A stretch of 64,000 bases of DNA from Saccostrea cucullata. Lineage: Eukaryota. Both the position numbers and the translations under genes were made by a program. Every line of letters starts with the position of its first letter. Positions within the stretch are counted from its first letter, which is position 1. The stretch is from the NCBI RefSeq assembly GCF_032062105.1, contig NW_026938763.1:1-64000 (forward strand), read 5' to 3'. Below are positions 35,035-48,100 of this stretch, piece after piece. The notes under the pieces were generated by a model that saw only the letters and a program-made list of their open reading frames with translations, was not told the origin of the DNA and searched no databases.

Positions 35035-36099
35035 TATTTGTTTTTTTTAGATTACATGCCAAAAATAATTTGAGTCGTCTTGAACTTACTTATGTGGAGA
35101 ATTTTACCTATTATATTTTAATATTTGTTGTAAAATCAACATATTGTATTGATCATTTGGAAAATTGCAGATCAATTTGTTTGTCTTGCAAAAAAACTGC
35201 TTCGGCTTAGGCAATTTACACTTTTTAGATTTTTCAACCCATCGTATCCTATATTTCATGAAAATGTCGTTACAATTTTTCCCAATGTGTGATACAATTG
35301 TGTATATTTACATGACTGTATAACATCTTTTATGATTTATTCATTGTAATCGTAACTTACTATGCTATCCCCAATGCAATAGTGACATAAATATTTGTTT
35401 TGCAACTGCATTTGTACCTGCTTTTAGAAGAAAATGATGCTAAAAAAATCATTAAAAGTTTGAATTGGTTTACACTCACCAAAAGTGACGTCCGGGCTGT
35501 TAAATATAATGCTCCACTAAGAAGATTTTGGACCGGCTTTGATGGTGCCTCGGCGCTATATTTAGTTAGAATTTTCTCTCCATCCAGCAGACCCTCCCGT
35601 TGTGAAAGAAAACCATCATGTCACAGCTAATTTGAGATTGTGTATTGTTATCAGAAGAAAGAACATTGACTTCAAAAAACCGGACCACCACTAAGTTCAT
35701 TCTCGCAAAACCTTTCTGAAATTGACAAGAAACCTAATAAGGTAAGTGATTCAGAATAAAGTGTCTCCCAGAGCAATTTCAGATTATTTTTAACGTTCCG
35801 ATATTTTGTGTGTTTATTTCTAAAGAATTTAAAGGTCAGATAAGAATAAATGTTGAGTAAATATATTTTTTGTGATTCCAACAGGCTTTCAAAGGTCTAG
35901 GCAGAACTCCATTTCACAAATTATATGCATCTTGGTGAAAGTCACTTATCAATAGTCTCTCTTTCTCTCATACATCTACATAAATTCTGTAATATAAATT
36001 GCTCTTTTAAAACACTTAATTTGATCACGAGTGTGCATGTAACGATGTCTGCATGTTTGCTCCTATAGGGAAAATACTTTGGTTTCTCTTCAATTCACG

Positions 36100-36650
36100 A
36101 TTATATTTTACGCCTTTTACTAAAGATATCCATGGAGAGGAACATAAATGAGTCTACAAACTTATTTTTAAAGTAGGTGAATGAAAACGTGGAACAAGCT
36201 GCTATGTGAAAGGCTAACCAAAACGAACAACATTTTCGGAAACACAATAATAAAGTCCATGGTATTCCTGAGACCCGGGAAGAAAATCCCCTGGTATTTG
36301 TTTGAATTGCTCTAGCAGAGGAAGGGGTAAACAATCAAAACACTGGTGATGTGGCCATTAACCGAATCCCCGGAAAGCTGGACGAACACAAACCTATAAT
36401 TGTAAAATTTCTCAACATAGAATAAAAAATTCGTGTCGTGAAAAAGAGATCATTTATTAAAGGCTTAAAAAGGGTTGTTAGGTGACTGACGATGTAACAA
36501 AGGCAAACGTTGATCTTATGACTGAACTGAACAACGATCCCAGGATAAGTGCAGTCTGATATTTCAACGGCTCGATCTATGGACAATGTGAAACCAAACG
36601 CATGGGATTTGACAGTTTTGAAAACATCGACCGCAAAATGAAAAGCAAAT
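36100..36650 (+). mobile_element. Degraded LINE ORF1 fragment (CR1/L2-type) in an intron of paralog C
   Basis: Translates with stops and shifts to KANQNEQHFRKHNNKVHGIPE...AINRIPG...KPIIVKF...DDVTKANVDLMTEL...*YFNGSIYG. Confidence 0.72.
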
Positions 36651-39600
36651 AATTTGTCTTTTTAAAAACTTTTTGGTCCAATCGGTATCTACTTGACACT
36701 TACAAAGATAAGTAAACCATAAACAAAACATTTTAAAATTTTTCACACACGCACTGATAAACCTACAAGTATTTTTTTACACATTGAAATGTCTACAACA
36801 TCTTTTGTCATGACAAAAAAGAGATCTAATATGATAAAAAAAAATGTATAGATTTTTAAGAGAATATGAATGACAAGGATTTACAACTGTCAGTAAACAT
36901 AATTATATGTTATTAATTTTATTTTGAAATACATTTATTGTGGTAATACACAAAATCCAAAGGAAAGATTTTGAAAACGATTGAATTATATGCTATATGG
37001 GGAGGTTAATCTGATAGATAGCGAAAAGAGAAATGGCATAAGAAATATATGTGATAGATGTCAGTCGTGCATCCACACTTTAGCCAAAACAAATCGAGGC
37101 CTATTATTTTAGACCTAGATTTGACTTTACAAGAACTCACTTTGGTACAAGGCTGACCGTTTCCAATCTTTTAATATATATAAAGATGTGAAACCTTAAA
37201 CTTAGAGTCCATGGAATGTTTACATTTTTTTTTTCTAATAACATCGATGTTCCGGAGGTCCGTGTTTTCTCTGCTCGTTTTATGTATTCTTTTATGGACT
37301 TAGATATTAAACACTGTTCGTTATCTCGATATCCGTATACCTGCTCCTGAGATGTATATTTTAAATGGAGGTTTGATCATAATTACTGTTCGTTATCGTC
37401 ATCTTTCATTTATAAGAACGCTATAAAAAAATAACTGTAAATATAACTCTCCAAAACACTGCGATAAAGACTAACTTACTCTTGCACGAGGATTCTTGTT
37501 GGCTGTTCCTTCCTTCTGATAATGAATGTCCTCTCCAACACTGCAGTACTGTTTATGTATGTCAACGTTTTCGTAATTTTGATGGTTTTGAGAGTCATTC
37601 ATGGATATGCTCACGCCCTCATAATACCCGGGCGGTAATGTCAGGGTTATCCTAACAGTTGTCACCATACCTACATAAAGCTCAGTTATGTTTCCTATGG
37701 TATATGCATCCAGTGCTGGATAGCTGGGCATGGAACCGCCTACAAAAATAAACATATTTCTATTGTTAGCTTCTTTTATCTATTTGTTCATAGCAAATGC
37801 CAATAGTAATTTAATATTTATTTAGTTATATTTTTGTCAAAAAGCTAAATTAATAAAACCCAGAAATTCGTTAGCGGATAAATTAATTATGTAAGAATAT
37901 CAACGAACGAACAATTTCAAGTAAACATTCTGCAAATTCTATGGTCGAAACAATGACCTTGTTTGCCAGTGGAATTTGACTTTAGAAAACATTGACTAAT
38001 GAATATCGAACAAATTTCTTAGTCAGATTTTTCACTCTGTGCTGTCAAGAAATTTTCCACAGTCTTGAGAAGTAGAGGACTACAGGTGTAAAATAATTTT
38101 TTACCATCTATTTTATAGCCTTTCTTTTGGAATTCATAAATAGAAATACTTTAGATGTAAATTTTTGAGTTATACATATACTTAAAATTAGGTGCTTAGA
38201 CGATGAAGTATTTCTATTAATATTGATGAAATCTCTGCATTTTGTAAGAAAAAAATACAATATCACACGAGAATAGATCCGTTCTATGTGAGAATAACCC
38301 ATTGTCTGATAAGAAAAATTAAAATTATAAATGAACTTTTTGGAATTAACATGATGAAGCGGAGGTTGGATGAAAATTATAGCATTAACACACTTTTATC
38401 AGACTATATATTTTACTATATATTTCAAATATAATTTGTTATTTCAAATAGATAATGCATTTATTTATTAAAAAGTTTATCATTGACACTTTTTTGCGTT
38501 TTTTTTTAAAATATCAACTGCTCGACATATGAAAGGCTTGGTGGTGTAAAGAGAAAAAACAAATGATTGAATCGATGAAAATATTGTAATAAAGCCTCAG
38601 TTATCTAGACAGTACTAATCTATTTGTCTGATCTTCCGAAAGAAATCTATAGAGGTAAAATTAACGACTTTTGTACACTTTTCAAAGGAAAGTAATCAAA
38701 ATCCCTTCATTCGAATTCTTTTTATTGTCCAGTTTATTTCACGAATATTAATTTCCTTCAAACATTCAATATCTTACCAAACCATTCTAGAAACTTTTTA
38801 TATGCCCTTTATAACTTGTGTAAAAAACACTTAATTAAAATAAGATGAACTCTTATTTGTTTTTTGTTTTTGTTTTTTATTTAATTTCAAATTTATGAAT
38901 TGTATGCGTCTTAAACATTTTACAATTTAGTTTTTAGAGATCTGCCTTCACTTCACAATCAATTAATCTTTAGAGTGGAATGGGTTAGATAATTCTTTAT
39001 TGTTCTAATTTTTCTTAAATCTCTAGTAATGAAAAACAAAGGACCTGCAAAATTGTCTCGATATCAACGTTAGTAGTTTAATCTGTAAGAAAAATTCATC
39101 AAAGATTTTTGAAAGCGAATTCATGAGAAACATATTGAAAGTTTTCACAAAAGCAAGAAATACAAAATCATTTTTTGTAAACTGGCCTAAAAATCTAAAG
39201 TATACATTTATTATTAAAAAATATATTTCAGACTATTTCCTTAGGCTTTAAGAATAGATTAAAGGCAATATTTTCATTATTTGCTTTGCACAGAACAAAA
39301 CCCAACAACATGCAATATCCATTAACTCCTAACACTAGAACTAAATCCAATCATAAAAACGTTCGATGTAATAAGACTGTGTTCTAAAAATGTGTTAGTT
39401 GATATGAAAATATTTTTTTTTCTGCCTACAACTCCATTTTTACAAATTTTAAAGTGAAAATTTTAATAATATAGCAATTGCAAATAAAAAAAAAAAACAC
39501 ATCAAATAAAATTTAAAGTCTGCAATTTCAATTATGAGTTTAATCGTACGTTTCGAAGTTTAAATGCATATTTTTTTATGATTGTGTTATAAATGTCATA

Positions 39601-40039
39601 AAAGTTTTAATTAAAAAAATGAAAATCAACATACCCTTATCCATTATGAAGAAGCAATTTGAAAGAAGAAAGCGAAGTATGACATGCATATCTGTCCTCT
39701 TTAAAAACATAAGAAGCTGTTATTGTTTGTAATACATTAAAATATACTTGACACAACTGACCTGTTTTATGACAAATTGAAATAAAACAATAAATAATTT
39801 GATTGCATCTTATTGATTTTGATTATTTTTGTGTTCATCTTGAAATTATCAACACTAATCCTCTGAATTATTTATCCTCATATTTCACTTGACACCGTGT
39901 ATGAAATATTTGTAAGTCTTTATTAGTGCATTATATAATTAGTGCATAGAAGTCGAAGATGGGAGTCTTAAAACACTTGGTAGAAAGTTGTTAATTGACA
40001 GTTATTATAGCCAAATATAGTAGTTAACTTCATGTCTTC

Positions 40040-41105
40040 TTTCTTTATTCTTTAAGCCAAAGGCTCATCAGATTTTATACAGCACACAAACATGATAAAG
40101 AGTATAGAATAAATATTATATACAAAAGTACACAAAGAATATAAATATCAACAGTAGTTACAAATTAGACTTTCGTAGAGCTGTAGCTTTATATAAAAAT
40201 TTTCCTAAATTAGACAACTCATTTACATTTCGACTACTCATCAAACTTACAACTTTAAATAAACTTTGTTTGACATAATAATACTTCTTAATGTACATAC
40301 TTCTCAGATTTTCATAAAATGAACATTTTAATATGAAATGAAATTCAACTTCAATATCAATATACTGTAAATGAGCGTAGTGTGCAAATTCTTTGATATC
40401 GAAGTGTATTTTTATATCTACCACTTTCATTTTTTAATTGGTGGTTTGATAATCTAATCTTGGTGAGCATTCTCTTTTATCTATCATCAATAGGTTTTGT
40501 TAAATATCTTTGTAATACAAAATTATTTACAACGTACTGGTACAATTGTTTTTTTGAAGATGCAGTTACAAATGAAAAAATATTTTGTCTATAAACATCA
40601 GTCATCCTTTGCTCAATTATTTTATATGTACAATTATCAACAATGTTGGAATCCCATAAATAGTTCAAACCTAGTCTCCCCAACTCTTCTTCAATACACA
40701 AAATCAAATTCTCGTTACGTAAAACCATATCTTCATAATAGGCCCTAAGAATACAATTATCAGTCCCTCTTAACTTGAGCAAGTATTTAAAAAAAATTAA
40801 TTTCATTTTTGTGCTAGTTGATATCTTCCCAATTCGCAATATACGAATTTATTGACTGTTTTCTGACCCACCCCTAAAGCTCTTTTACAATATTTATGAT
40901 GGATTTTTTTCAATATCAGTAGCTTTTGCCATCCTCATACGTCTGATGCGTATAAAAGTACAGTACTTACGTAAGTATCAAAAACAGATAACTGTGTTTC
41001 AGCATTGAATGCATGTGCTTTTAATGAATTAGAAATAGCAAATGAAGCTTTTCTACCTTGCTCTGCAGCGTGTTTTTTGAGTTCTCAAAAATTTTCCATT
41101 GTAAT
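40040..41105 (-). mobile_element. 5'-truncated, degraded non-LTR retrotransposon (RTEX-like) 3' end
   Basis: Broken frames read AEQGRKASFA...VFDTYVSTVLLYASDV*G...DIEKIHHKYCKRALGV...VYCELGRY...EFHFILKCSFYENLR...LGKF, the post-RT region of LINEs. AATAAA and a short repeat tail near 40040. Clade is an inference. Confidence 0.85.
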
Positions 41106-41922
41106 TAAATGGCATTGCAAGATGATTAAAATCGTCAACAATATCAACTATATCGTTACTATAAGTTCATTTTCATTCATATGTATAGGGCAGCCCGGTC
41201 CTCTGGGCTGCAGTAAAATTTCCATAACATGTATTTAGTAAAGTCTTTTGAATCAATCAATGAATGAATGTATGAAAAATTGTAAGTTAAAACGATATGA
41301 AACGTTTCCCTTCTTCAGCAATTTAAGTATGAAATTTAACGTTATGTATCACATAAAGGTAAATAATAAAAACTGGGAGAGAAGAATCTATCATTACTCT
41401 GGAAGAGTGATCTCTCTTCAAAGAAAAAAAATCACTAGAATGCTTACAATACAATATAGAGTTTGTTTCCCTTTGAAATGTTGATCTGCTTACAAGTTCT
41501 GTTATTGATTGGGAGGACGGATACTCGCCATTTTATTTTTGATACAGCAGACGTTAGATAATATATTTACTGCAGGTCAGCATAATATTTTATTTATACA
41601 GCTCTTTCTTTTCTTTAAGAACATATTTATACACTTTGAAAGTTTTACATGTCGGACTTGAATGTGAGAGAATATAAACAAATAAAAACAATTGATAATA
41701 GAAACATAAATGAAATTTAAAATACAGTTTTGTGCAAAATATGATGACATTCATTTTTGTAAGATAATGTTCAAAATAATACGACCTAAGAGAATTTCTT
41801 AAACTTTAAAATGCAATGTGTTTCTTTAATACTATGTCTTCTAGAGTCTACATTATCCCTAGTTTATCTAATGTACATTTCTACTCTACAGATTATTGAT
41901 AGAAACATAATATCTTCAAAAA

Positions 41923-42118
41923 ATGACACTTCACGAAGCCACTGGAAATGTCTCGCTGGACTGGCCTTCATTAAACTTCTCCCAGTCAGAAGATGGTTGC
42001 CATTGGGTGGTACCTCAACATTACCTGTTTCAGATGGCTAACAGCGTGTTGCTTGGAGCCCTGGCAAGTCCTGCTTCTAAACATGGAACACTCTTCATGC
42101 ATTCATGCTTTGTTCTAG
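41923..42118 (+). CDS. POPDC: POPDC coding exon 1 (MTLHEATG...HSCFVL)
   Basis: ATG at 41923, upstream acceptor ctacag ending 41891 (so a 5' UTR exon lies further upstream), donor GT at 42119, phase 1. Confidence 0.9.
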
Positions 42119-45100
42119 GTAGACATATATTTGTATATGTTACAACATAAACTGTTATTCTAAATATATTTCTGAGAAAAAAAATAAACCTATCTTGATC
42201 ATTGATAAGAAATTAATTTCATCAACTAGAAATAGAAAAAAAGAAATGTGAAATTCATGGTTGTGATAGGATGAAAGGTAATTTTGCAAAAAAAATTACA
42301 TTCAAGCAAAGCAAAAGCAGAGAAAGAGGGGACTTTCAAAAATATCATAAGTAGAATCAATTGCCATGGAGGAATAACGATAGGTCTTTGTTTTTAAGAT
42401 TCAGTAAAAAAACCCTTCTGCTTACTAATATAAATTGCTGCTTTAAATCTTATGATTTTTCAAAAGGAATGTTTTTAAACGATTAAAATGAATAATAAAG
42501 ATAACATAGCTTGCAGGACAATATTGTAAAAGAAACACCTCAAAATTGCACGTTTATAAAAGAATAAATAAAACTTTTATATCATTAAAACTTATTAATC
42601 ATATCATAACATCGAAGTAACCACTCAACAGGGGATGCTTACACCTTCTAAATAGCTAGACACTAGATCCTATACCTCGGAATTTCCATGGGACCTCGTT
42701 TGATGTCCTCACAAACTTGTTTGATTATACTTTTTTTGAGATTGATCAGTGTTTGCTTTCGCCAAATTTTACATTTTACACAGAATGAAGTATTTTTAGG
42801 CTTCTTGCTGTTGTCCATTTGGTCATGGGTAATACTGTGCGCTCCCGATTACTTCTCCTGGAATTTCAGCTTTATGGTGATAAATGCTGTTCAGGCCCTA
42901 GTTATTCTGTACAACATCAGACCTGTCAAATTCTGTGATGATCTGGAAGATGTTTACGTCACGGTGTTTCAGCCTCTTAGAGTCCCCAGGTAAGATTCTA
43001 TCAAATGCAAATTGCAACATGATTATGCATTCAAGATAACTTCCTTGTTATGCGAAAAATTAAAAATCTTAAAAACTCCAATGAAGTTTGTAGAAATCAT
43101 ATACATGTAGTTCTTGTAGTCAAAATACCAGTTTTTCTTCTCTATTTACATTCAATTTTTCTTTCAAATAAATAAAGTCAAAATTGACTAGAATCAACTA
43201 GAAATTCTATGAGTTTTATGAAATTAGATATAAACAAGATCTAACAGTGTTAATATATACTTTAGGCATCTCTATAAGAAGCTGGTCTCTCCTGACTACT
43301 GCACCCTAGGAATGCTTCACGAAGGGGAAGTTTATGCCAGTCAGGGGATAAGTAAAATAGACAGACTGGGTCTACTTATAGCTGGAAGGTAATTAATAAA
43401 GAAAATAGACGATGTCTCCTTATAGCTGGAAGATGATTGAAAAAATGAACAGATTATGTCTACTTATAACTTGACGGTAGGTGATAAAACAGACGGACTT
43501 GATCTAATTCAATTTCACTTCCTTTATTGCAAAAGACATACGTCTTATAGCATTAATACAATATATAAGCAAAGGAAATAATTGCAAATTATGGTTGGAA
43601 AGTAAATGACGAAGTAGACGGACCCGGTCTACTTATAGCTGGAAAGTATGTAGTTAAACATAAAGACTTGATCTACCTTTAGATAACAAGTTAATAATTA
43701 AACAGACAAACTTGGTCTACTTATAGTTTGAAAGTAAATGGTTAAATAGACAGACGAGGTCTACTTATAGACTAGAGTGTAAGGGATAAAATAGGCTGAT
43801 TAGGTCTACCATTCTCCAAGAAAATTAGAATATTAGACATACTAGGAATACTCTCGTAACCAGAAAGTTTAAATAACAGAAATAAAGTCTTTCACACTCC
43901 AGGATCACCACTGCTAACGAACGACTTAATACATGTACGGTATCCTTTTTTTGTAAATTGAAAATTTTCCTAAAAGTACAGTATATCTAATTTGACATTT
44001 TTCGATATAATGTAATTGAAAAAAAAACATTCTCTCCTTGCAAGGCAATTCTATATATTTGAGCATGAACTGAAAGAAATTGCGAAAAATGAAAAAAAAA
44101 ATAATTTGATAAAAATAAGGCTTACAGGTTAGACCGGTTACATGGAATATTTATTCCTCTAAGATTACAGAGATCTGTGTTTCTGGCCTGTTTGCAGATT
44201 TCTATTTGCCCCCTCCCCTCCTCCGTACCAAATTGATCGATTTTTGCTCTTTCCTCTTTTAAAAAACCCTACAGTAAATCTTTATATTACATCAGTTTCC
44301 GTAGGCCTTGAGATATTTTCCTTTCTTATAACCACACAAAATCCTATGAGCATCCGTTAGCACATGTAAAGTGCTTAATACGCAAAGGTTTATACTTCTC
44401 TCACGAAATTAACATAATAATTTAGATTTGCAAATAATAATGAAGTGTTCCCCATTTCTGTGGCAGGCGCTACATTATAAAAACTATTAAATTTACAATT
44501 TATACATAACGTTCAATTAGAGTGACTTTAGGTACTACATCTTTTGTTGAAAACAACCCTTCACTATGAGATATATTTATTGATGCTATAATAGAATGTC
44601 GGTGTATCAGTATAATCTAATTGAGTCCTTTCCTTGATAGGATGTCAGTGTATAGTAGTCATCAGGAACTTCATCAAGTCCAGGCTAAGGAATTCATAGA
44701 TTCTCCGGAATTCGAATCAGCCATATCTGGAGACGACAAATATCAGGCGAGTTGATATATTTTTTCACTGATGATACAAATAGTAAGATAATCTGTCTGT
44801 TCTTTCTATTCTCACGGTTTTTTGAAAATCATGGGAAAGTATTTCAATAAGATTTCAAAGAATATGAAGAAATAAATGAAAAAAAGATGTGTTTGTGAAG
44901 CATTGTGCGCCCAGTGGCAACAAAGTTCGAAAAACCAAATTTTAGCATATAAGTCACAGTCAAAGTCACAGGGTATCCTTGGTTTCATTTGAAAGCATTT
45001 AATTAGTTGATAATGCATATCAAATATAAAGTCTCCCTCTTATATCGAAAGTTCGAAAATACTTTTTTTAGTACTTTAGTACTTAGTATTTTTTTTTTTT

Positions 45101-48100
45101 ACTATTTTCTGACCTTGATGCCAGTTGAAAATGCTTCTCTAGTGGAGTATGCATGCCAAATATGAAGTCGCTATCTCATATGGTTCAAGCGTTATAGTGT
45201 CACCCGCTAGGCAGAGTGGTTAGAGCGTCTGCTATAGAGTCCCGAACTAAGGAGTCAATCCTTTCCTTGCGGGTTCGAATCCCACTGTGGGACGTGCAGA
45301 CCCGTTTTTCGGATGAGACTTTATAAACCAAAGTCCCGTGTTGCAGTAGATGCTGGCAAGAAAAAAATTCCTCCCTGCTTAATGGCCCTGAGTACCCAGT
45401 ATAAGACAAAATCTGAAGCTCTATACAGGCAAGTCGTGGCGTCCCCATTTGAGTGAAAATCTCGAGAGGGGTGTTAAACAATATATAATCAATTAATCAA
45501 TCAAACATTACGCCGAAAATTCGAAAAAAACTTTTTTCTAGTAAAAAGTTCATAGTCAGGGTCACAAGGTCATTTACTTTGGTATCAGTTGAAAGTGCTG
45601 AAATTTTGGCGCACGCATACACATATATCAAATATGAAGTCTCTATCTCTCACAGTTCAAAAGTTGTGGCGAAGGTTAAAGTTGACAACAGATAAAAACA
45701 CAGACAAATAGATAAACAGACAAACAGACAGAAAAACAAACAGACAGCAAAAAACAATATATACCCCGAATCTATCGATTTGGTTATAATAAAAATAGAT
45801 TTATAATATGATATTCTAAATCTCAACAGCGTCATTTGCATCAAACACACTTCCAAGCAACAAGAAAGAAGAACAAATAAAAATATCTCTTAACGTCTGC
45901 TAAACTGAACACAATATATTTCCAATTCTAAATTTTCTCTCATTGATAACTCTTTGAAAATAGAGGGGTTAATTTCTTAATAATTTTGCCGGAATGTACC
46001 GTATATTATTTTTTTTGGCGTGTTAGAAATTTTGCGAAAAAGGGGTAGATTAGTACAGTTTATATTTCGCGTAATTATTTTTTATGTTTGAAGATTTTTT
46101 TTGGTTTAAAATGGTAATATTTTTATGTCACATTATAGCTGACATAATTTCTGTGTGATTTATATTTTGCAAATCAAAAATGATCGAAAAAAAATGCGAA
46201 AAATAGATCATCGCGAAAAAAACCGGATACACGGTAAATTAGGCAGGTCGATAAGCCAGAAGCTAAGAAGACCTAATATGCATGCAAAGCTCGTGTGCAT
46301 CTGTCTCTGTGTCTGACGCTAAGGAGGCCAAATATGCATGTATGTTTGACGTCAGTGGGCGGAACTTTTGAAAATGCCATTGGAGTCCTCTTGTAATTTA
46401 AATCAATGTCTACATTTTGAAAGTCTTAATCTACAATTTTATTTCACAATAAAATGGAAATACTGTCTAGTTAGTATAGTACGCCAGGGACATCAACGAT
46501 TGTGGGAAACATGGGATATTTTATGCATAACGGACTTCGCCCGTTCATAACTCATAAATCTATAATTTAGAAGTGAATTCAATCTTATTTGCTGACAAGG
46601 TCATTGCATCGACCATAGAACTTCCGAAATTAGTATTTCTAATGAGACTGATGATACTCCTATTTCATCAATCTCTGATCCATTGGGAAGAATTTGTATT
46701 TTTTGAAAAGTTAATTATCTGCCAAGCAATTTCGTTAATGACGCCGTCGTGTTTGTGGAAAATTATCTCCATGTTTCAATAATCTTTATAACACTGCGTA
46801 ATTTATTTGCGATGTCATAATTAGGGAGGTTTTGTGAAACTAAAGGAATTACGATCCTGTGGCAAGCAACCATGCTCTGGTTTTATTTTTTGCATTTAAA
46901 TATTACACAATCATTAACTAAATAAGGGGTTGGAAACGAATAAGAATCAGGTGTCAAGGATGGGGAGGCACACCTATTGACCGGTCCCTCGCCGATAACC
47001 GTGTGAATTGATAGAAAAACATTTAGATACTATAAAACAATTGCATATCATACCACGTTATAAATCTTGATTGAATGCAGTGAAATAGTTGGGATTTGGT
47101 TTTTAATTCGGTTTGGGGTAGGGTGATTAATTTCTATTTATCGCATTAAACGGGGTATGTAAACATTGGTCAAGACTACAAGGATCTTTCAGGAAACATT
47201 CTAGATAATGAACAGTATTCAAGATCAAACGTCCATAAAACAAGACAAAACAGAATAAGAGAGATACGCATACATGTACCTCCAACACATCAGAGGTCGG
47301 ATCAGGCGTCATGGAGGAGGCATCCCCTGCCGGCCGGTCACACGCGCTGTGTGTTCCTTGTCATGATCGGGAAATGACGGAAAAATCTGTCGTCAAATCA
47401 GTGTATAAATAATGGATTAACAATAACAATGAAAAACGTCAGTCAGCATTTGATACATTCAAAACAGAGATTTCATGTGACGGTAGACGTTGACATTATG
47501 GAGAATTCAAAGTATATAAGAGTCAAAAAGTCACAATTGGAAGCCTCAGTGGGTGTATGGCAAAGTATTATCTAGAGAGAAGTAAAAAAATGAATAACAC
47601 GTAAACAATATTCAATCAACCAACCATCACGTTTCAAACTTAAAGTGAAGCAGGACAAGTGTAGTATGACTCATAAGAAAGATAACGTTATAGTCGCTGT
47701 TGATGTTCATGCTAAACATTGTAGAAATCAACATTTCTTGTATATTTATACCCACCGCTTGAAAAATCGGGAGGGTATATAGAAATTGTATAGGTATGTC
47801 CGTCTGGCTGTCTGTACGTCCGTCGTCTGTTACGCTTTGGAATACCCACCTCTTATCCGCAAATCTTCTCATACCAATGAATAAATATCAATGAGATTTC
47901 CAAAGAATCTTTGATATCATACATTTATTAACTGTGTTCGCCGTTAACATGCGTTTCACTACATGAATTTTGCGTTAATACATAACAATGAAGTCAACAA
48001 GTAGATGATATATGACAAAAAAAATGGTTGACACATTCTTACTTGAGCATCGAACGGCTGCAAAGTTTAATCAATAATTTGGGAATACCTTTTCAGTAGC

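Larger units (their letters stand above)
30921..39689 (-). pseudogene. Paralog C of the secreted glycoprotein, probable pseudogene
   Basis: Exons 39689-39635 (MHVILRFLLSNCFFIMDK), 37739-37480, 35715-35480, 33950-33753, 33260-33176, 32676-32501, 32252-31406, 31151-30921. Lesions: 1-nt deletion near 35597 (236 vs 237 nt), in-frame TGA 32033-32031, further frameshifts ~31790-31755, ~190-bp insertion ~31680-31490. Confidence 0.82.

Noticed and set aside
38105-38234. Candidate exon 2 of paralog C (cag...g|gtaaaa)
   Set aside because: 130 nt is not phase 1-1 compatible, the required frame has a stop, and it is not Thr-rich.
1286-39689. One giant gene with three internal repeats
   Set aside because: B and C each end in a stop-containing terminal exon and all three units have their own signal-peptide exon.
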